NCBI RefSeq assembly: GCF_902713615.1
Contig: NC_052164.1
Span: 77,537,830-77,601,829, forward strand
Direction of reading: 5' to 3'
DNA: 64,000 nucleotides
DNA from: Scyliorhinus canicula
Lineage: Eukaryota
Under the pieces are notes generated by a model. That model searched no databases. It saw only the letters and a list, made by a program, of their open reading frames with translations, and was not told the origin of the DNA. Shown here in pieces: positions 39,301 to 54,300 of this stretch; position 1 is the stretch's first letter, and the number at the start of each line of letters is the position of its first letter. Made by a program: the position numbers and the translations under genes.

Positions 39301-42300
39301 TGCTGTCAGTTCTATGGAGTTCCTGCTTAACAAGCAGGGCAAAGATTATAGATGTGGTGAAATGAGATGCAATAGAATTAAAAGCAATATTAATTGAAGG
39401 AAAGTATGCAAAACAACGAACAAATTGCAAATGTAGCTTTTGTGGCTAAATACAAATATACATATATATATAAAATATGTAGGTGAAATAAAATTTTTAG
39501 GATGCCGGACCAGACCCCAAACAATTTGCGATTTGTAACTGAGGAAAAGATATTTCATCGCAGGAGTGATGACTCTGACCAATAGATATTGGGTGGAATT
39601 CTCCGGCTACACCCGCCTAGTGACTGGAAAATCCCATCCGAAGTCAATAAACTTTTCCATTGGTCATGTCTTGCCATGGCAATCTTCCCGCGGGCAGGGT
39701 GGAAGAATCCAGCTCATCTTTTATGTTAAAACAAACTTTAATTTGAACATCGAATTAAGTATCATGACATCAAATAAATAGCTTTACAATTAACAGTTAA
39801 ATAGGTCTATCTACACCTGCCACTATATATTTTCCAACTAAGCAACCCAATACAGTTCAAAATCCACTCATGAATAAAGTTAGCATTCACATTTACTTGC
39901 TGTTCTCTGTAAAGACCTTTGGAGAAAGAACGTTTCAGGAATAATCTGAAAATCCTTCTGTTTTAGCAGACTAAAATTCTGTGGCAAACTGCGAAAACTA
40001 TTGACAGACCTGTTTCCTCCCATAAATTACATTATCTGTATCCCACTAAGATGTCCCAAGACCTGCTTAGCTAAGACTAAACACAATCCCTCCAGTTATC
40101 TACACACCAGCGAACTTCCTTTCTATGAACAATATTCCATTAGCCATCTCGTTATAAAAAGGTAAATGGTCAAAAACAATGATTACCCCACCTTTGGAAC
40201 TCCTTAATCTCAGCTTTAGCAGTCACACTGCCTGTATGTATTTTAAACCAGGGTGTTTAAAACATTACTGCCAAAAATATGAAATATATAAAAAATTCTA
40301 CATTCATCACCAAGTTTGCCTATCAAAGATAATCATCTGATCAATGTTTTGAATATTTGGAAGGTTGTAAGTGTTAAGTTCATTAATGCTGAATTTATCC
40401 TGGTGATTGATGGTAGAATAATACTCAATTGAATAGTTAACAAGATTAGGACAAGTATTTTGTTGACACTCCAATTTATTGAGAAACCAGCATTTTCACC
40501 TTCTTTGGCACTTTTTAAGCAAGATTTCAATGCTTGAGCCTCACAATTACTACATCTTTAGTTTCTCCAATTATACAATTTTCTTGACTTTCATGGTATC
40601 ATTTTCCTACCTTATTTTTGGTCGGACTTTCTTTGCCTCTTCATGCCACTTTTTTTCGCAACAAAGCACATTTTTGTATTAAGCAGTTTGCATTTAACAC
40701 TGAAGTTTATGACTTTGGGGTTATTGGTTGGTCCTTTGCTTGTCTGTCAGTTCAGAATTGGGTTACAAAAGGTTATCTTGACTTTTCTCTTCCTTGATGC
40801 TGATTGGCACACTGTGCGTTTCAAAAAAATAAATTTGTTTTGTTTTGCACATGACACGGGCATTATGATCCTATTACCATAAAATAGAGATCAAAACTGC
40901 CATAAATCAGCGCACAACAATTGTTTCAGTAAAAGGTGATATAAAACTTGCCTTGTTAACCGATAACTCATATTGAAAATGAGGGAAGGAAGGCAGCACA
41001 GTAATGTATATTTTCCTCGTTGGGCAAATTGGAATAAAATATCTTGTAAATTGCAGTTAGAGCATTGCATTAATATTTATAGGGTCCAACTCATTATAAG
41101 AATATTAGTGAATAATATGCATCATTTGCCAACTTGCACGTATACTTTCTGTTGCCTATTTTAATTTTTTTGTAGCCTGTTGTTATATGTATGAGATATC
41201 CTCACTGTATCTCGTCTATACTGTACTTCCAACATGTTAATGTATAAATTTGGGCTTTTGTGAAGATATTTGAACAAATACGGGTGATAGCCACAACTTC
41301 TTTCAAGAAAGGTTTAGAATGATGTGAGATCATTTATATTAATCCCATAAATCCATATGAAAGAAAGGCTTCAGGACACTTCAAGATGCTTTATAGCCAA
41401 TTAGGTTCATCCCATGTGTGCGTGGGTTTCCCCTGGGTTCCTCTGATTTCCTCCCACAGATGTACAAGTTAGGTCGATTGGCCATGCTAAATTGCCCCTT
41501 AGTGTCCAGGGATGTGCAGGCTAGTTTATGGTGACATAGCGGGTTGGGTGGGGGAGTGGACCTAGGGGGAGTGCTCTTTCAGAGGGTCGTGCACACTCGA
41601 TGGGCTGAATGGCTTTGTTCTGCAGTGTAGGGATTCAATGGATTCCATGATTCGAAATATAATCACTATAGAAAACATGGCAGCTAATTGGTACATAGCA
41701 AGATTTCTCAAACAGTAATGTGATGATTACCAATTTAGATGTCGAGGACAGCACGGCGGTGCAGTGGTTAGCACTGCTGCCTCACATTAGATTTGAAAGT
41801 ATTTTTTATTTTTTTTCCAGATCCCGTTCATGGAGCAGTCAAAATAAGGTAAGAACCATGATTAACTTTGGTCATTAACCTTTTTTTTGCAGCCACTTTA
41901 ATGCAAAACAACTTTTTGTCATGTTAATGTTGGGAAGGTATGTAAGTATGTTTTCGATAGTGGGGGGGATTAATGGTGCGATTCAATTCTCGGAGATGGG
42001 AGACAGACCGCCATTGACCGGCAGCAGGACCTTCTGCCGCCACCCCCCGCCCCCCAAAAATCCCCTAGCCCCCAAAATATGTGCATACTTTTAATTAGAT
42101 CCAATTATTTCCTATCTGGTCATGTAAAGAACAGATCCGTTCATTTTATGCAATTTTAAGATATTCTACTGGCATATCTCCTGATTCTAACATTCAGCTG
42201 ACACCACCAAATGTATTGATCACAGTGGCATGGAACTTCCAAAAATAACGTGAGTGACAGGTTTGCCTTTGAGTAAATTTATCTTTTCCCAGAATATACA

Positions 42301-45300
42301 AACCATTGTAAAACAATTGGAAATCGGAGACCTGAATAAAGCACTAAATTTTGAACCATATTCCTTCTTCTGGCCTCACTGTATTGATTAAAAGTTGATC
42401 ACTGAAGCCAGCAAACCATCCCGTATGTACATTTGGCACTCCGCACACAAGAAAATACGATTGTAGAAGGTTTAAAATCACCTCCGAAGTGTTGGGTGAA
42501 AGCCTTGGTGAATTATGAAAAGTTTATATATAAACCGTATGGTTTGCGAATGTGGATTTCCATTCGGTTGTGGCTTTGAAAAGGGCATTGGAAAATTATC
42601 GGAATAGAAAAGAATTGCAGGAGTATTAGGAAAAGGCAGAGAGAGGGGGATAAGGTGAGAAAGAGTTGGCATGGAAATACTGGGGCAAATGTCCTGATTC
42701 TATGCTGTAACCATTCTTATGATTCACAGAGCATAACCTTCGACCCGCTGAGCACATTTCCTGTGGTGAAAAGTAAAATGCAGAATGAAAGAATTGTACA
42801 GAAACCTATAACTTTTAATTGACATATTTTAAGAATGAGTTTAATTCTTTATTTGACTGAGATGCAGGTGCTGCACTGATCTCAAATGGTTCAGGATTAT
42901 ATGTTAATCCCGTGACATTTAGTGGCCTAATTTAAAACCGAACTGTTGACAAAACCACAATAAATGAACGTCTGAACATATTTGCGAAATGAAGTAAATT
43001 TCTACCACGGTCCCACAGATGACAATCGCTGTTATGAGAGCAAATATACTTATCTGCAACAGTGGGTTGCATAAAAATAGAAATCTTTGCTTACTGATAA
43101 TGAAATGGTTATTCACCACCACTGCAAAATCTTGGGCTTCTGGAATTTGTGGTGTGACTGTTGCTGGCTTACCTTTTCCCCGTCGCTGTACGCTGACCTT
43201 AATGCATGTAACAGAGAGTTGATCTATGGGTATTATTTGATTCCCCAGAGTACCACAACAGCCAGGATTCCAACATTCTGCCATCTCCCAGTCTTTTATT
43301 TTTAGCCGTGTCTTTATTTTCAGGATGATGTTGTTTGCAATAAGTGAAGCATCTTAACTGTGATAAACTGGACGAGGCGGAAGAGTGATATGGCTGTTTT
43401 TTAATAAGCCCTCTCTTCCGCTGCCCCCCCCTCCCCCATTTGATACCTTTCTCCAGTCCAAATGTATTTAAATTTTTAACGAGGCTTTTTTTAGTCAAAG
43501 AAAGAGTAAATATATTAGTTACTGAAATCCGTGAAAAATAGTAAAAGACGCACACACGGGTCAGAAGTGAAAAAGTTAGAGTCCAAATAATAAAATTTAA
43601 AAGAATATACAAGTAACTCCTTTGCTTAATTATCAGTGAGGTGTGGGCTGCCATGGACGTTGGGTGGTACTAATAGAATGCTGAGGAATGTATGGAGGTC
43701 GGTAGTTTGTGAGGTTTCTGCTCTTTTCCAGTAGTCTTTTCAGATGACTGTATCGTTTTTATTCCTCCTCTTTGTTCACTTTCCTCTGTTTGCCAGAGAA
43801 AGCTTTGAACTTATTTCTATATATTCCCAAAAGGGAATATGGTTAACATGTCTTGCACCCCTTGTTGTAGTACTTCCAACCTGTTCATCTCTGAAACCCT
43901 TTGACATCTTTAAAATCCAAGTCAACAGGAGGTGGGGTTATCTTGTCCTTCACAGTGGATTGTGAGTGTCTGGTGGGGTGTAACTGGCTGGATAGCAAAT
44001 CTCATCAGCTTCACAGAATTGCACTGGATTCAGAATTCAGTACTTCCCATTTTTAGTGCCTTCCTTTCAGGAGTCGCTGTTTAGAAGTGAACCTTGGGCA
44101 GCATGGTGGCACAGTGGTTAGCATTGTTGCCTACGGCGCTGAGGACCCGGGTTCGAATCCCGGCCCTGGGTCACTGTCCGTGTGGAGTTTGCACATTCTC
44201 CCGTGTCTGCGTGGGTTTCGCCCCCACAACCCAAAAGATGTGCAGGACAGGTGGATTGGCCACACTAAATTGCCCCTTAATTGTAAAAAATTATTGGGTA
44301 CACTAAAAAATTTTTTTAAAGAAGTGAACTTTGACCCCTCTCCAGGTGTGAAATTCCATGTAACAGGCCTGAAATGCAATTTATATAGATGTTCCACAGA
44401 AGTGGTGAACTTTACGATATCAGCCATCAGGTGACTGCTGGTATCCATATTTGGGCAGTATCTTTGCTTGTATTTTTTTTAAAGCATATCTTCTTTAAAC
44501 AATCTAATATGTCTGTAGGTGATGTTGTGCACACGTGGTTAGTTTTCTGTTATCACGACAGCTCCTATTAAGAATCACAAAAATGTTTTTGCACTGGTCA
44601 CCTGGATCATCAACAAAGAGGCAAGATCACATAATGTCACACCATGCCATATTTTGGGATAAAATTCCTTCTAATTTAAGTATTAAAAAATGTTGAGCAC
44701 ATTAAAAAAAGTTGGATACAGAACTTGGCCATTTTGCTACGCCAACCTTCATGATGTGGGGTAAGCATGATGTTAGTGGGTGGCACAGTGCTTAGCGCTG
44801 CTGCCTTCCAGCACAGTTCATTTCCGACCTTGGTCGACTGTCTCTGTGGAGTTTGCACATTCTCCCTGTGTCTGCATGGGTTTCTTCCGGTTGCTACAGT
44901 TTCCTCCTCAGTCCAAAGATGTGCAGGTTGGATGGTTTGGTCATGTTAAATTGCCCCTTAGTGTCCAGAAGTTTAGGCGGGGTTACTGGGATGGGGGTTG
45001 GGACTATGTAGGGTGCTCTTTTGGAGGGTCGTGCAGACTCGATAGGCCAAATGGCCTCCTTCTGTACTGAAGTGATTCTACAATTCTATATTCCTAATAG
45101 AATGCAACCAGCTGATTGGAGAGGAGGGTACAGGACTTTTTTTCCCCAAATTGGTACGTTATCCAAGAGTTTGGGCACTGGAGATGAAATTAAGATGTCT
45201 TTCGGGGCTCCATGGATGAACTGTCAATGTTCATATTAACTGGAAATCACTGAAAATGCTACAAATGTTTGAGAGGTTTAATGGCCTCTTGGGACAGCAG

Positions 45301-48300
45301 AGCTACATTGATGGTGCCCACCAGGAACACCCAGCTTACCAACCAGCAAAGCAGTTATGTAAGGTAACCCACGCCACTACTTAGAACTTTTATTAGTCCT
45401 CAAGAATATTTCTGTTGTTTGGATAGTACAGAAGGGTTGCTGCTGTGCACTTCATACATGTACAAGGTTGCATGTGTTACAGTTCAGCTCTCAGATAGGG
45501 AATAGTCCAAAAAGAACTTTGTCACCCACCCAAAGAGAAGAAGGCATCCACAGAAGGAACTATTGTGCGGGCAGGCACAGAATAAAACTAGTCGACAACA
45601 GCTTTCAGTAATGGACACCCAACATGATTTGCTAGCGGATTTGAGTTGCTTTGCCAGCTTTGTGGTGGCTGGGGTTGTCAGAAGAAAAATACACTTTACC
45701 TAGGTGTGTGAGTTTCACCGGTTGTTATTCAGCTATGAAATTCTCCTGTAGGGAACTTCTGGAGGGTGGAGAATGGTGGCACGATGGTAGAGGGTGTAGC
45801 CTTGTGTAGAGCTCCAGGAATGGGGAGGGTGGGGGGTCTGGTAGTGAAGTGGTAGTTTTTCATTGTAGGATGAAGCCAGTTATTATTTGCTTTGACGGAT
45901 AGATCTTTCTCTTGCGTGTTTGTGGTCTTTCACCACAGTGCTGGGTTACATCTTCTTGCAGCTTGCAGTGAAAATGATGTTAAAATGTTGGACAACATCC
46001 TCATTGCCTGCCCATAACGTATGACCAGCAGGCAGAGAAACTGAGCCTGAGAGATTCGAATGGGTGGTATTAACGTTTGCGGTGCTCAGTTGTACAGGAA
46101 ATGTATAGAACTGGTGCAGTCTCTCCACTTAGAATGGGGTGCAGTTAATGGAGATTGTACATGAATGAAGGCTGTTATCCACATATTATCACGTTTCGTA
46201 ATCTGGAGGGTTCGTGTCAGAACCTTTCTGTGTTAGCTGGGAGTCCATCCATCTCTGCTTCCTTCATGCCTTCTGTGAAGTCTACTGAGATCAGGTGGAA
46301 TCTTGCACTGTGTGCACAGCACTGGCTGAGGCGAGAATACTGGCGTGCAGCTCCCTAGCTACACAGCCAAGGTTTCTCTCCAAATTCTTTGCTCTGCGCA
46401 GAAAATCTGGCGGTGTGGTTTTCACCGACATACCGGCAGGACAGAGCCTCATCGAGCCAGGTGCCCCATTCGGCATTAAAACAACCCCCCTGTTGCCAGC
46501 AAGGGGCAATTCTACCCATACCCCCTATTCTCCCTGCCCACAAACACACACATGGTGGCACTGCCAGGAGACGGTTCCAGGTGGCAATGTCAGGACACTA
46601 AGCGGGCTTGTACCTTTCCCCCCAGGGGCTACACTTAGCTATGTGCCCCAGCGGGTTCCCCTCAGCTTCTTCACATTATACAGAAGCAGTGGTAAACCTC
46701 ATCTTTCTGACTTCATGGGAGCGAGTTTGTTATATAGTGGGAAGCTTATGTCAGTGAAGGTCTTTAATTTCATTTGAATTTGTTAAAATGTTTAATGGGC
46801 GGGAATCTCATTAGATCAATGGCTAGGGGTGTGGAAAATCTTATTTTCTGATTCTCACATGATTTTGAGCCGGGGTCTCCGTTTGCGCATCGGCGGATGC
46901 GGGTGCAAAATTATCCCCATGGTGTGAGAGCGGTGTGTTCAGCAGAGGTGTGGCTATGGCTGCCTTTGGGCTGCGGTGCAAGCGTGGCCTTGCAAGCTTC
47001 CACTGCAACTATTCGCTGGTCCGCTTCTACAGGAACTATGGCCTTGACACTGATGTTCCCAAAGGATCATTGAGTATCAAACATGTGCCTCATGCTACAA
47101 ACTGTTTTTGCTCTCATTTTATTGTCGAAAATATTGTGCATTATGTCTCTACATGGCAATCCGTTTCTTTGGTTCTTTTGCCAATCGAAAAAAAACCACA
47201 CAAATACTTTTTGAAACAAAATTACTTCTTGAGTTGCGAACATCGCTGAAAAAGGCCACGATTTCCCTTGAGAAGAGGGTGCAATGGGCCTTTTACCACA
47301 AACTGGTGCATTTGGAACTTTGATGTTACCTTCTTCAGTTCTCTGCCCGAAGGCAGGACTGACCCACAATGCCTCAACTTCCACCACAAGTAGGGCAAGG
47401 AGGTAGGTCCCGAATCCATCCAGCCAGAACAGGGGTCAAATCCTGTGCTGTTTGCACTCAATTTGACATCCACTGATTATCCAGCTGATTGAACTCCAAA
47501 GAAGTCAGAACTGCACAAGTGACATCCACTTTTATAATGCATGTTATAGCCTGGAGCTTTAGACAGGGTGGCAGAGGTTCCAATTTCTTCCCATAGGAAC
47601 AGGAGTAGGCCATTCAGCCCCTCAAGCCTGTCTCTCCATTCACTGAGATCATGGCTGATCTGCTGCCTAACTCCATACACCTGCCTTTGGCCAATATCCT
47701 GTAATATCTTTGCTTAACAAATGTACCTGACCACGGCCAACTCCATATGCCTGCCATTGGCGTGAGTTGGGAATCTTCGCAAGTTGCTACTCAACCTGGT
47801 TGGCCGTGTTATGAAACTTCCTTGACCATCAAGTCCTGGAGTGGGGCTGTGTCCAGAGCTTCTGGCTCAGAGGCAGGGATGCAAAACATTGTGCCACAAG
47901 ACCTTCACTTTAATGTTATATACACACACTAATTGCTAAAATTATAATTTCAAACTGTGTATTGTGGAAGCAGTGATCTTTACTTGGACTCACACCACTG
48001 CTTTGTTATCAGCGAGTGGATTGACCTATCGGGTTGGCTTTTTGAAAAGATTAAACTAGAGGTTTCTATTTTAGTGATGCTGATATGTTCAAAATATTAC
48101 ACGTACCACTTCAACAAATGGAATGTAATTATGCTTCAAGGCCCCGAGATGAGATTTTATTTTCAAATGCTTTTGCTATGGTAGCTCTCATGAAACCAGA
48201 AATGGAGTAACACAGCCATGATGAAATGCTACACATTTAAATACATATTTCAAAAAAAGGATGATTGTAAGTGGAAAAGAATTATGGACAAAGGTGAAAA

Positions 48301-51300
48301 CTTTGTTTCTTTTATTTGCAACACCGTTCACTCAAGCCACATCATTACACCGGTAGGTTAGATAATTTAAACTACCCAGCATTTCTCTAACATCTCTTAA
48401 AGCGGTGATGCACCATAATGTACACTATTTAAAATGTTGAAAGTTGCTAAGTGTCATGACTTGATCTTATACCCAATGTTACTGAACGGCAGATGAATAA
48501 AATTAAGCTCTAGCATCTTACTTTGGTATCTTACATAATATTAATTGCGTTTTATTTCCATTTACTACAGTCCTGAAACCATGGACAGGTGTGGAAATTT
48601 CAACAGCGAGTCTGGTAGGTGTCTCTTTTACTTCTATGTATTAAATATTGTCAGGGTGTATGTCTGTGCAACCAAATGGTTATTTATCCTCATAACTATG
48701 CAAATATCATGTCATACCTCTGCAATGTTTACCTGTTTAATTAAGTGGATTATCTTTCAAAGAAAATGTTGGAACAAGTGAAATAGTCCCATTTGTTAAA
48801 TGTTGGTGTGTTCCCGATGTCAGGTGGATATTGTGATAGATCTTGTGCATCGGTCAAAATAGCTATAAAATGTAAGAGTTCATAGAGCATGCTCGGATTG
48901 CACTAAAGGACAAGCTATTCAAACTGGACAATAGGACCAGAGAAATGGCCTTAATTTGAATGGGGGAAGAGGGTAAATTTTAATCTAATCTGGGGTAACA
49001 GGTTTGAGAATTTTCTGGGCCTTTTGGGCGATGGGGCAGTTGGCAAAACAGCAGGGAAGTGCATGGCATCTTCCTGCCACTGTCCATACTGCCAGCAGTG
49101 GGATGGTTGGCTGTTTGATCCTTTTGAGGGGAATTTTGTGCCTCTGAAGGCATTTTGTTCGCTCTGGGAGACGTGCTGCTGCATAGGAAGACCACGCAAT
49201 AAAAAGCTGGTGGCCTTACAAAAGGCTCCTGGGGGGGGGGTTCTTCATTATGGGCACTTCATGCCCCAGGGATGGACAAGGGCACAACTGGCACTCCATG
49301 ACTAACCCATCAGTAACTGGGGCCTGACGGCCTGGCCCCTGGATTTCCACGAACTATCTGAAAGGTACTTGGCTGCCTTTAAGGTGCCCACTGCCTGCAG
49401 CTGTTGCCTCAGCAATAGCCCCCACTAGTGGTAGCACTGTTGCAGCTGTTGAGCTGCCAGCTCTCTGATTGGCCTGGTGGAGATTTGCCATCCATGTCTT
49501 ACCACCTTCTGAACAAGGGTGACTTCCCACTTTCAATTTCAAGATTCCTGCTTTTTCAAGAAAACTCAGCCCAAGACTTCAATCAGCCGGTGCTAATTAC
49601 AGAATTTGAATAATTTGACAGGTGGCATGTAGTAATATTTGGTACAGAAGAGGTGGACCTGTGATTTGTCTTTGTTTTTGCAAAAATATACTTCATTCGT
49701 AAAATATTTGGGGCGGGATTCTCCAAACCCCCGCCAGGTCGGATAATCGGCAGGGGGTAGCGTGAATCCCGCCACCACTGGCAGCCGAATTCTCCACTGG
49801 CAGCAGCCCCCCCCCCGGCGATTCTCCGGCCCACGATGGGCCGACTGGCCACCCGTTTTCGGCGGGTCCCGGCGGCGTAAATCATACCAGGTCCTTACCG
49901 GCGGGACCTGGCTCCGCGGGTGGCCTGCTCAGTCGTCCGGGGGGGCGAGTGGATCTGGCCCCAGGGGGGTGCCCCTACGGTGGCCTGGCACGCGATCGTG
50001 GCCCACCCATCCACGGGCAGGCCTGTGCCGTGGGGTCACTCTTTCCCTCCACACCGGCCGCTGTCAACGTCCGCCATGGCCGGTGCGGAGAAGAACCCCC
50101 TGCGCATGCACTGGGATGACGCCAGCACACACGGCGGAGGCCCTTCGGCCCGACACCGGAGTGGTTCACGCCACTACTCGGCGTCAGAGTGGCCCGCCCT
50201 GCCGGTTCGTGGAGAATCCCACTCCAGATATCTGAAAGAAAATTAAACGGGCTTGACCTAACCAAATGGGAACAGAGTCCCATGGTAAGCATGTTTAGCC
50301 GCGTGTTTACCGGCGCTCACAATACCGAGAAACACTCTGTTATCTAACGTCCATCCGGTTGGATACGGTGCCTCAGCAGGGGATGCATGGCCGAGGGCGC
50401 ACACCATCCCGTTTTCTACACTGAGGGGCTCTGCTTGCCTGCACTCGTCAGTGCAGCAAGAGATCGGGACGCCATCCCTCGAGCTCCCGACGAGACCCCC
50501 GAACTCCCTCCCACTCCTCCCACCCCGCCTCACTATAAGGGGGCCCACGGACCCTCTCGCACTCCCCTCCCACACCTTGGCAGTTAATACCGGTCACATT
50601 GCACTGCGGCGCGCTGCTTTTCGGGCACAGCGTGGACAATAAATTATGGGCAACATTTCAAAATGGCTATCACAGGTGCAGTAATATTCAGGTTCTCTAT
50701 ATACATCATGTTGCACTCTTGAGGCCCTTCAATACAATAAAAGAAATGTTACAGACATTTCAGAATTGCCATTACAAATGGTGCAAAGGTATATAAGTTA
50801 ACCACATCAACAAAGTTGCACTTTGAGGTGCTTCAATACAATTGTGATGCATGTAATATTCACTATATACACTCTATGTTAGTCATACAGCCCCAAGGGG
50901 TTCTACACAGTTCACCGTCCCCTCATTTCACAATGGCACTATGGCTGAAAGGTCTTAGACATCGATCTTCTCCCTTGTACTTCTGCGGCAGCTTTAGTGT
51001 ATACATCAGTACATAGTCCTGGGCTTTGGAATGTACCAGTCCGCAATACTCGGTTGGGGACAACTCTTTGCACTGGAAGGTGAATAGGTTTCGGGCAGAC
51101 CAAAGATTGTCTTTCATTAGGTTGATGATCGTCCAGGTGTGCATCCCTGGGAACAGCCTGTAGATTAGAGTCCTGAATCACGGAGCTGCTCGGGATGAAC
51201 CTCGACACAAACTCCTCCTCTTTCTCCAGATCTTCTTTGCAAAGGCACATTCCACGAGGAGGTTGACAACGGTCTCTTCCCCACCACAGTCTCCTCGAAG

Positions 51301-54300
51301 GCAACATGCCGATGGGGTGAGACTCTGGGCATGCAGAAAGGAACTGATGGAGAGGGCTTTTCTCATCACCAGCCAGGCTAGGTCATGGTGCTTGTTTGAA
51401 AGTTCTGGTGATGTAGCATTCTGCCAAATGACCTTGGAAAGTCTACTCAGGGAACAATCTGACAGGCTCCACAATGTCCTTTTCCTGAAGGGTGTCTGGG
51501 GTGTTACGTGCAGACTACTACCTGATGGACTTATGGTCAAAGGTGTTTCACTGCAAAATTTTTTCCCCGAGGGTCATGTGGTACGGCACAGTCCAATTAC
51601 TTGGAGCGGCAGTGTGGCCAGACCAATCCTTTGCAACACTGGGAACAGGTAGAGGGTCAGCATGTTGTGACACTTGGTGCTTTTGCATACCAAGTATCTT
51701 GTTGATGCAGACACACACAAAGGTGGCCATCAAGATGAGGGTGATGTTGGGCACACTCTTTCCCCCTTTATCTGGAGGTTTGTACATCGCATCCCTCTTG
51801 AAAGTGGTCCATTTGTGGCCCCCAGATGAAGCAGAAAAAGACTTGGGTAATCGCTACAAGGCAGGAGTGAGGAATGGGCCTGCACCACATACAGCAACAC
51901 CGAGAGTGCCTCACACCTGATGACTAGGTTCTTACAAGGGAGGGGGAGCATTGCTCCCACATGCCCAGGTTTTGCTTCATTTATACCTATATGCTTCTTC
52001 CAGTTTCTAACGGATGCCCTGGACCCTCCGAACCACATTCCCAGCACCGTCTGATAGTGAAGGAGACAACTGGTCGGTCAGCCCAATTCCCAAAGAACAT
52101 GTTCTCGCTCTTGCCATGATTTACTCTGGCTCCTGAGGCAGTAGATGGTCGTAGATGTTTATCAGTCTGCGCGCCGGCAGCGGATTCATTCAGAAACCAA
52201 TGACGTCAGGATCCATGTTGAAGACTATGAAGTCAGCCACATACAAGGGAGGCTTTGACTTGAGTGCCTCCACTACCTGGAATCATCACTTCTCTTATGC
52301 CTGAATGCTTCCTGAGGGACTCAGCAAAGAGTTCTATTCAACATACAAATGGGAAAGAGAGGGCCGCCCAACCTGATTCAAGATACAATTGGAAAGCATG
52401 GTTAGGTTAGGTGGATTGGCCATGCTAAATTGCCCGTAGTGTCCTAATAGTAAGGTTAAGGGGGGGAGTTGTTGGGTTACGGGTATAGGGTGGATACGTG
52501 GGTATGAGTAGAGTGATCATTGCTCGGCACAACATCGAGGACCGAAGGGCCTCTTCTGTGCTGTACTGTTCTATTCTATTCTATTCATTCTGATTCCCAC
52601 ATGTTGATTGAAACTGCAGTACTGATGTTTGTATCAAGAAGTTGGATCTAATTGCAGATTCCCTTCCCAAACTCCACTTTGGAGAGCATCCATCACGTGG
52701 TTGTGCGGTATTCTGCCATAGACCTTCTTCTGGTCCAGGCTGATGATGTATCTCGTACATAGATAATCATATTCCTGAGCAGCATGAGACTGTCAGCGAT
52801 CCTCCTGCCAGGAACAGAGCAGGTCTGGTCAGGGTGGATCACTGACTCCAGAGCAGATAAGGGTAATGGTGCCCTTCCTCATGGATTCTGACATACTCCC
52901 GGCCAGAAGCTAATTCTCATACCTCCAGCAGTTTGGAGCCGATCCAGTCCCATCGAGCCAAATACAACTCAGCCGGTAAGCTATCGGCTTAGACATAGAC
53001 AACAGTACAGAAGATACATAGAGAGATCAGTTCAGTCCATAAGAGGTTTATTCAGCAGTCTGGTAACAGTGGGGAAGAAGCGGTTTTTGAATCTGTAAGT
53101 GCATGTTCTCAGACTTTTGTATCTTCTGCCTGATCGAAGAGGTTGGAAGAAAGAATACGAGGAGTCTTTGATTATGCTGCCCACTTTCCCAGGGCAGCGG
53201 GAGGTGCAGACAGAGTCAATGAATGGGAGGCTAGTCCAAGTGATGGACTGGGCTGTGTTCACGACTCTCTGTAGTTTCTGACGGTCTTGGTCTGAGCAGT
53301 TGCCATACCAGACTGTGCTGCAGCCAGATAGGATGTTTTCTATGGTGTATCTGTAAAAATTGTCAATAAGAGTCAATGGGCTGGATTCTTCGGTCTCCAA
53401 CGCCGAAGTCGCGTTCGTCGATTAGCTGGAGAATCAACATTGGCGCTTAAATCGGGGGTGGCGCCGGTTTTGCGATGCTCGGCTCCCCCCAAAGTGGTAT
53501 TCTCTAGGAGTATGCTGCACACCATAGGGACGGCTTCAGAACGCTGCCTGAGGCCCTCCCCAATGCCCCACCCCCAATGGGTCGAGTTCCCGACGGCGTC
53601 GGTCGTATGTGGTATTTATTTTCGGTAACTCGGCGCGGCAGCTGCGCACTAAATCCAACACCACCACAGTCATGGGAGAGCCATTCAGCGGGCAAGGGTG
53701 GCTTTTGCAGGGGCTGGGGGCACTGGCGGGGGGGTAGTTCGGACGTGGCGAGCCTGGCCAACTATTTGGCAGGCTGGGTCCGTGCACAGCCGGTGCCATG
53801 TTGCACAGCGCGGCCACTGCAGGCCGCCTCCATGTACATGCGTAGCCACGGATCCGGCAATTCCCCGCTCTTATCCACAGCTAGAGCCGGGTGCTCTAGG
53901 CTGCGTGCCTGCTAGCCCCCCACCAGACGGAGGATCGGTGGCCGTTTTGTGCCACTTTTTGGGTCGCAAAACACCACCATTCCCAGGCTGACGTCAGCAC
54001 TTAGTCTCAGAATCTGAAAATCCAGCCCCATTTCTCTTAGTTTCCTGAGGAAGTATAGGCGCTGTTGTGCTTGCTTTCTTGGTTGTAGTGTCAGCGTGGG
54101 CGGACCAGGACAGATTGTTGTGCACGCCTAGGAATTTGAAGCTTTCAGCCATCTCCACCTTCGCACCATTGATGCAGACAGGGGTGTGTACAGTACTTTA
54201 CTTCTTGACATTAACGACCAGCTCCTTAATTTTGCTGACATTGAGGGAGAGATTGTTGTCGTTTTCACCACACCACTAAGTTCTCTTCTTCATGTACTCT

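Noticed and set aside
40330-40880. Protein-like minus-strand frames (CSNCEAQ.., TCPNLVNY..)
   Set aside because: Multiple stops and frameshifts, no recognisable homology; needs a tBLASTx search to judge
42919-43284. Minus-strand ORF with a TM-like stretch
   Set aside because: No family motif I can name and no consistent splice sites; hydrophobicity can be explained by AT richness
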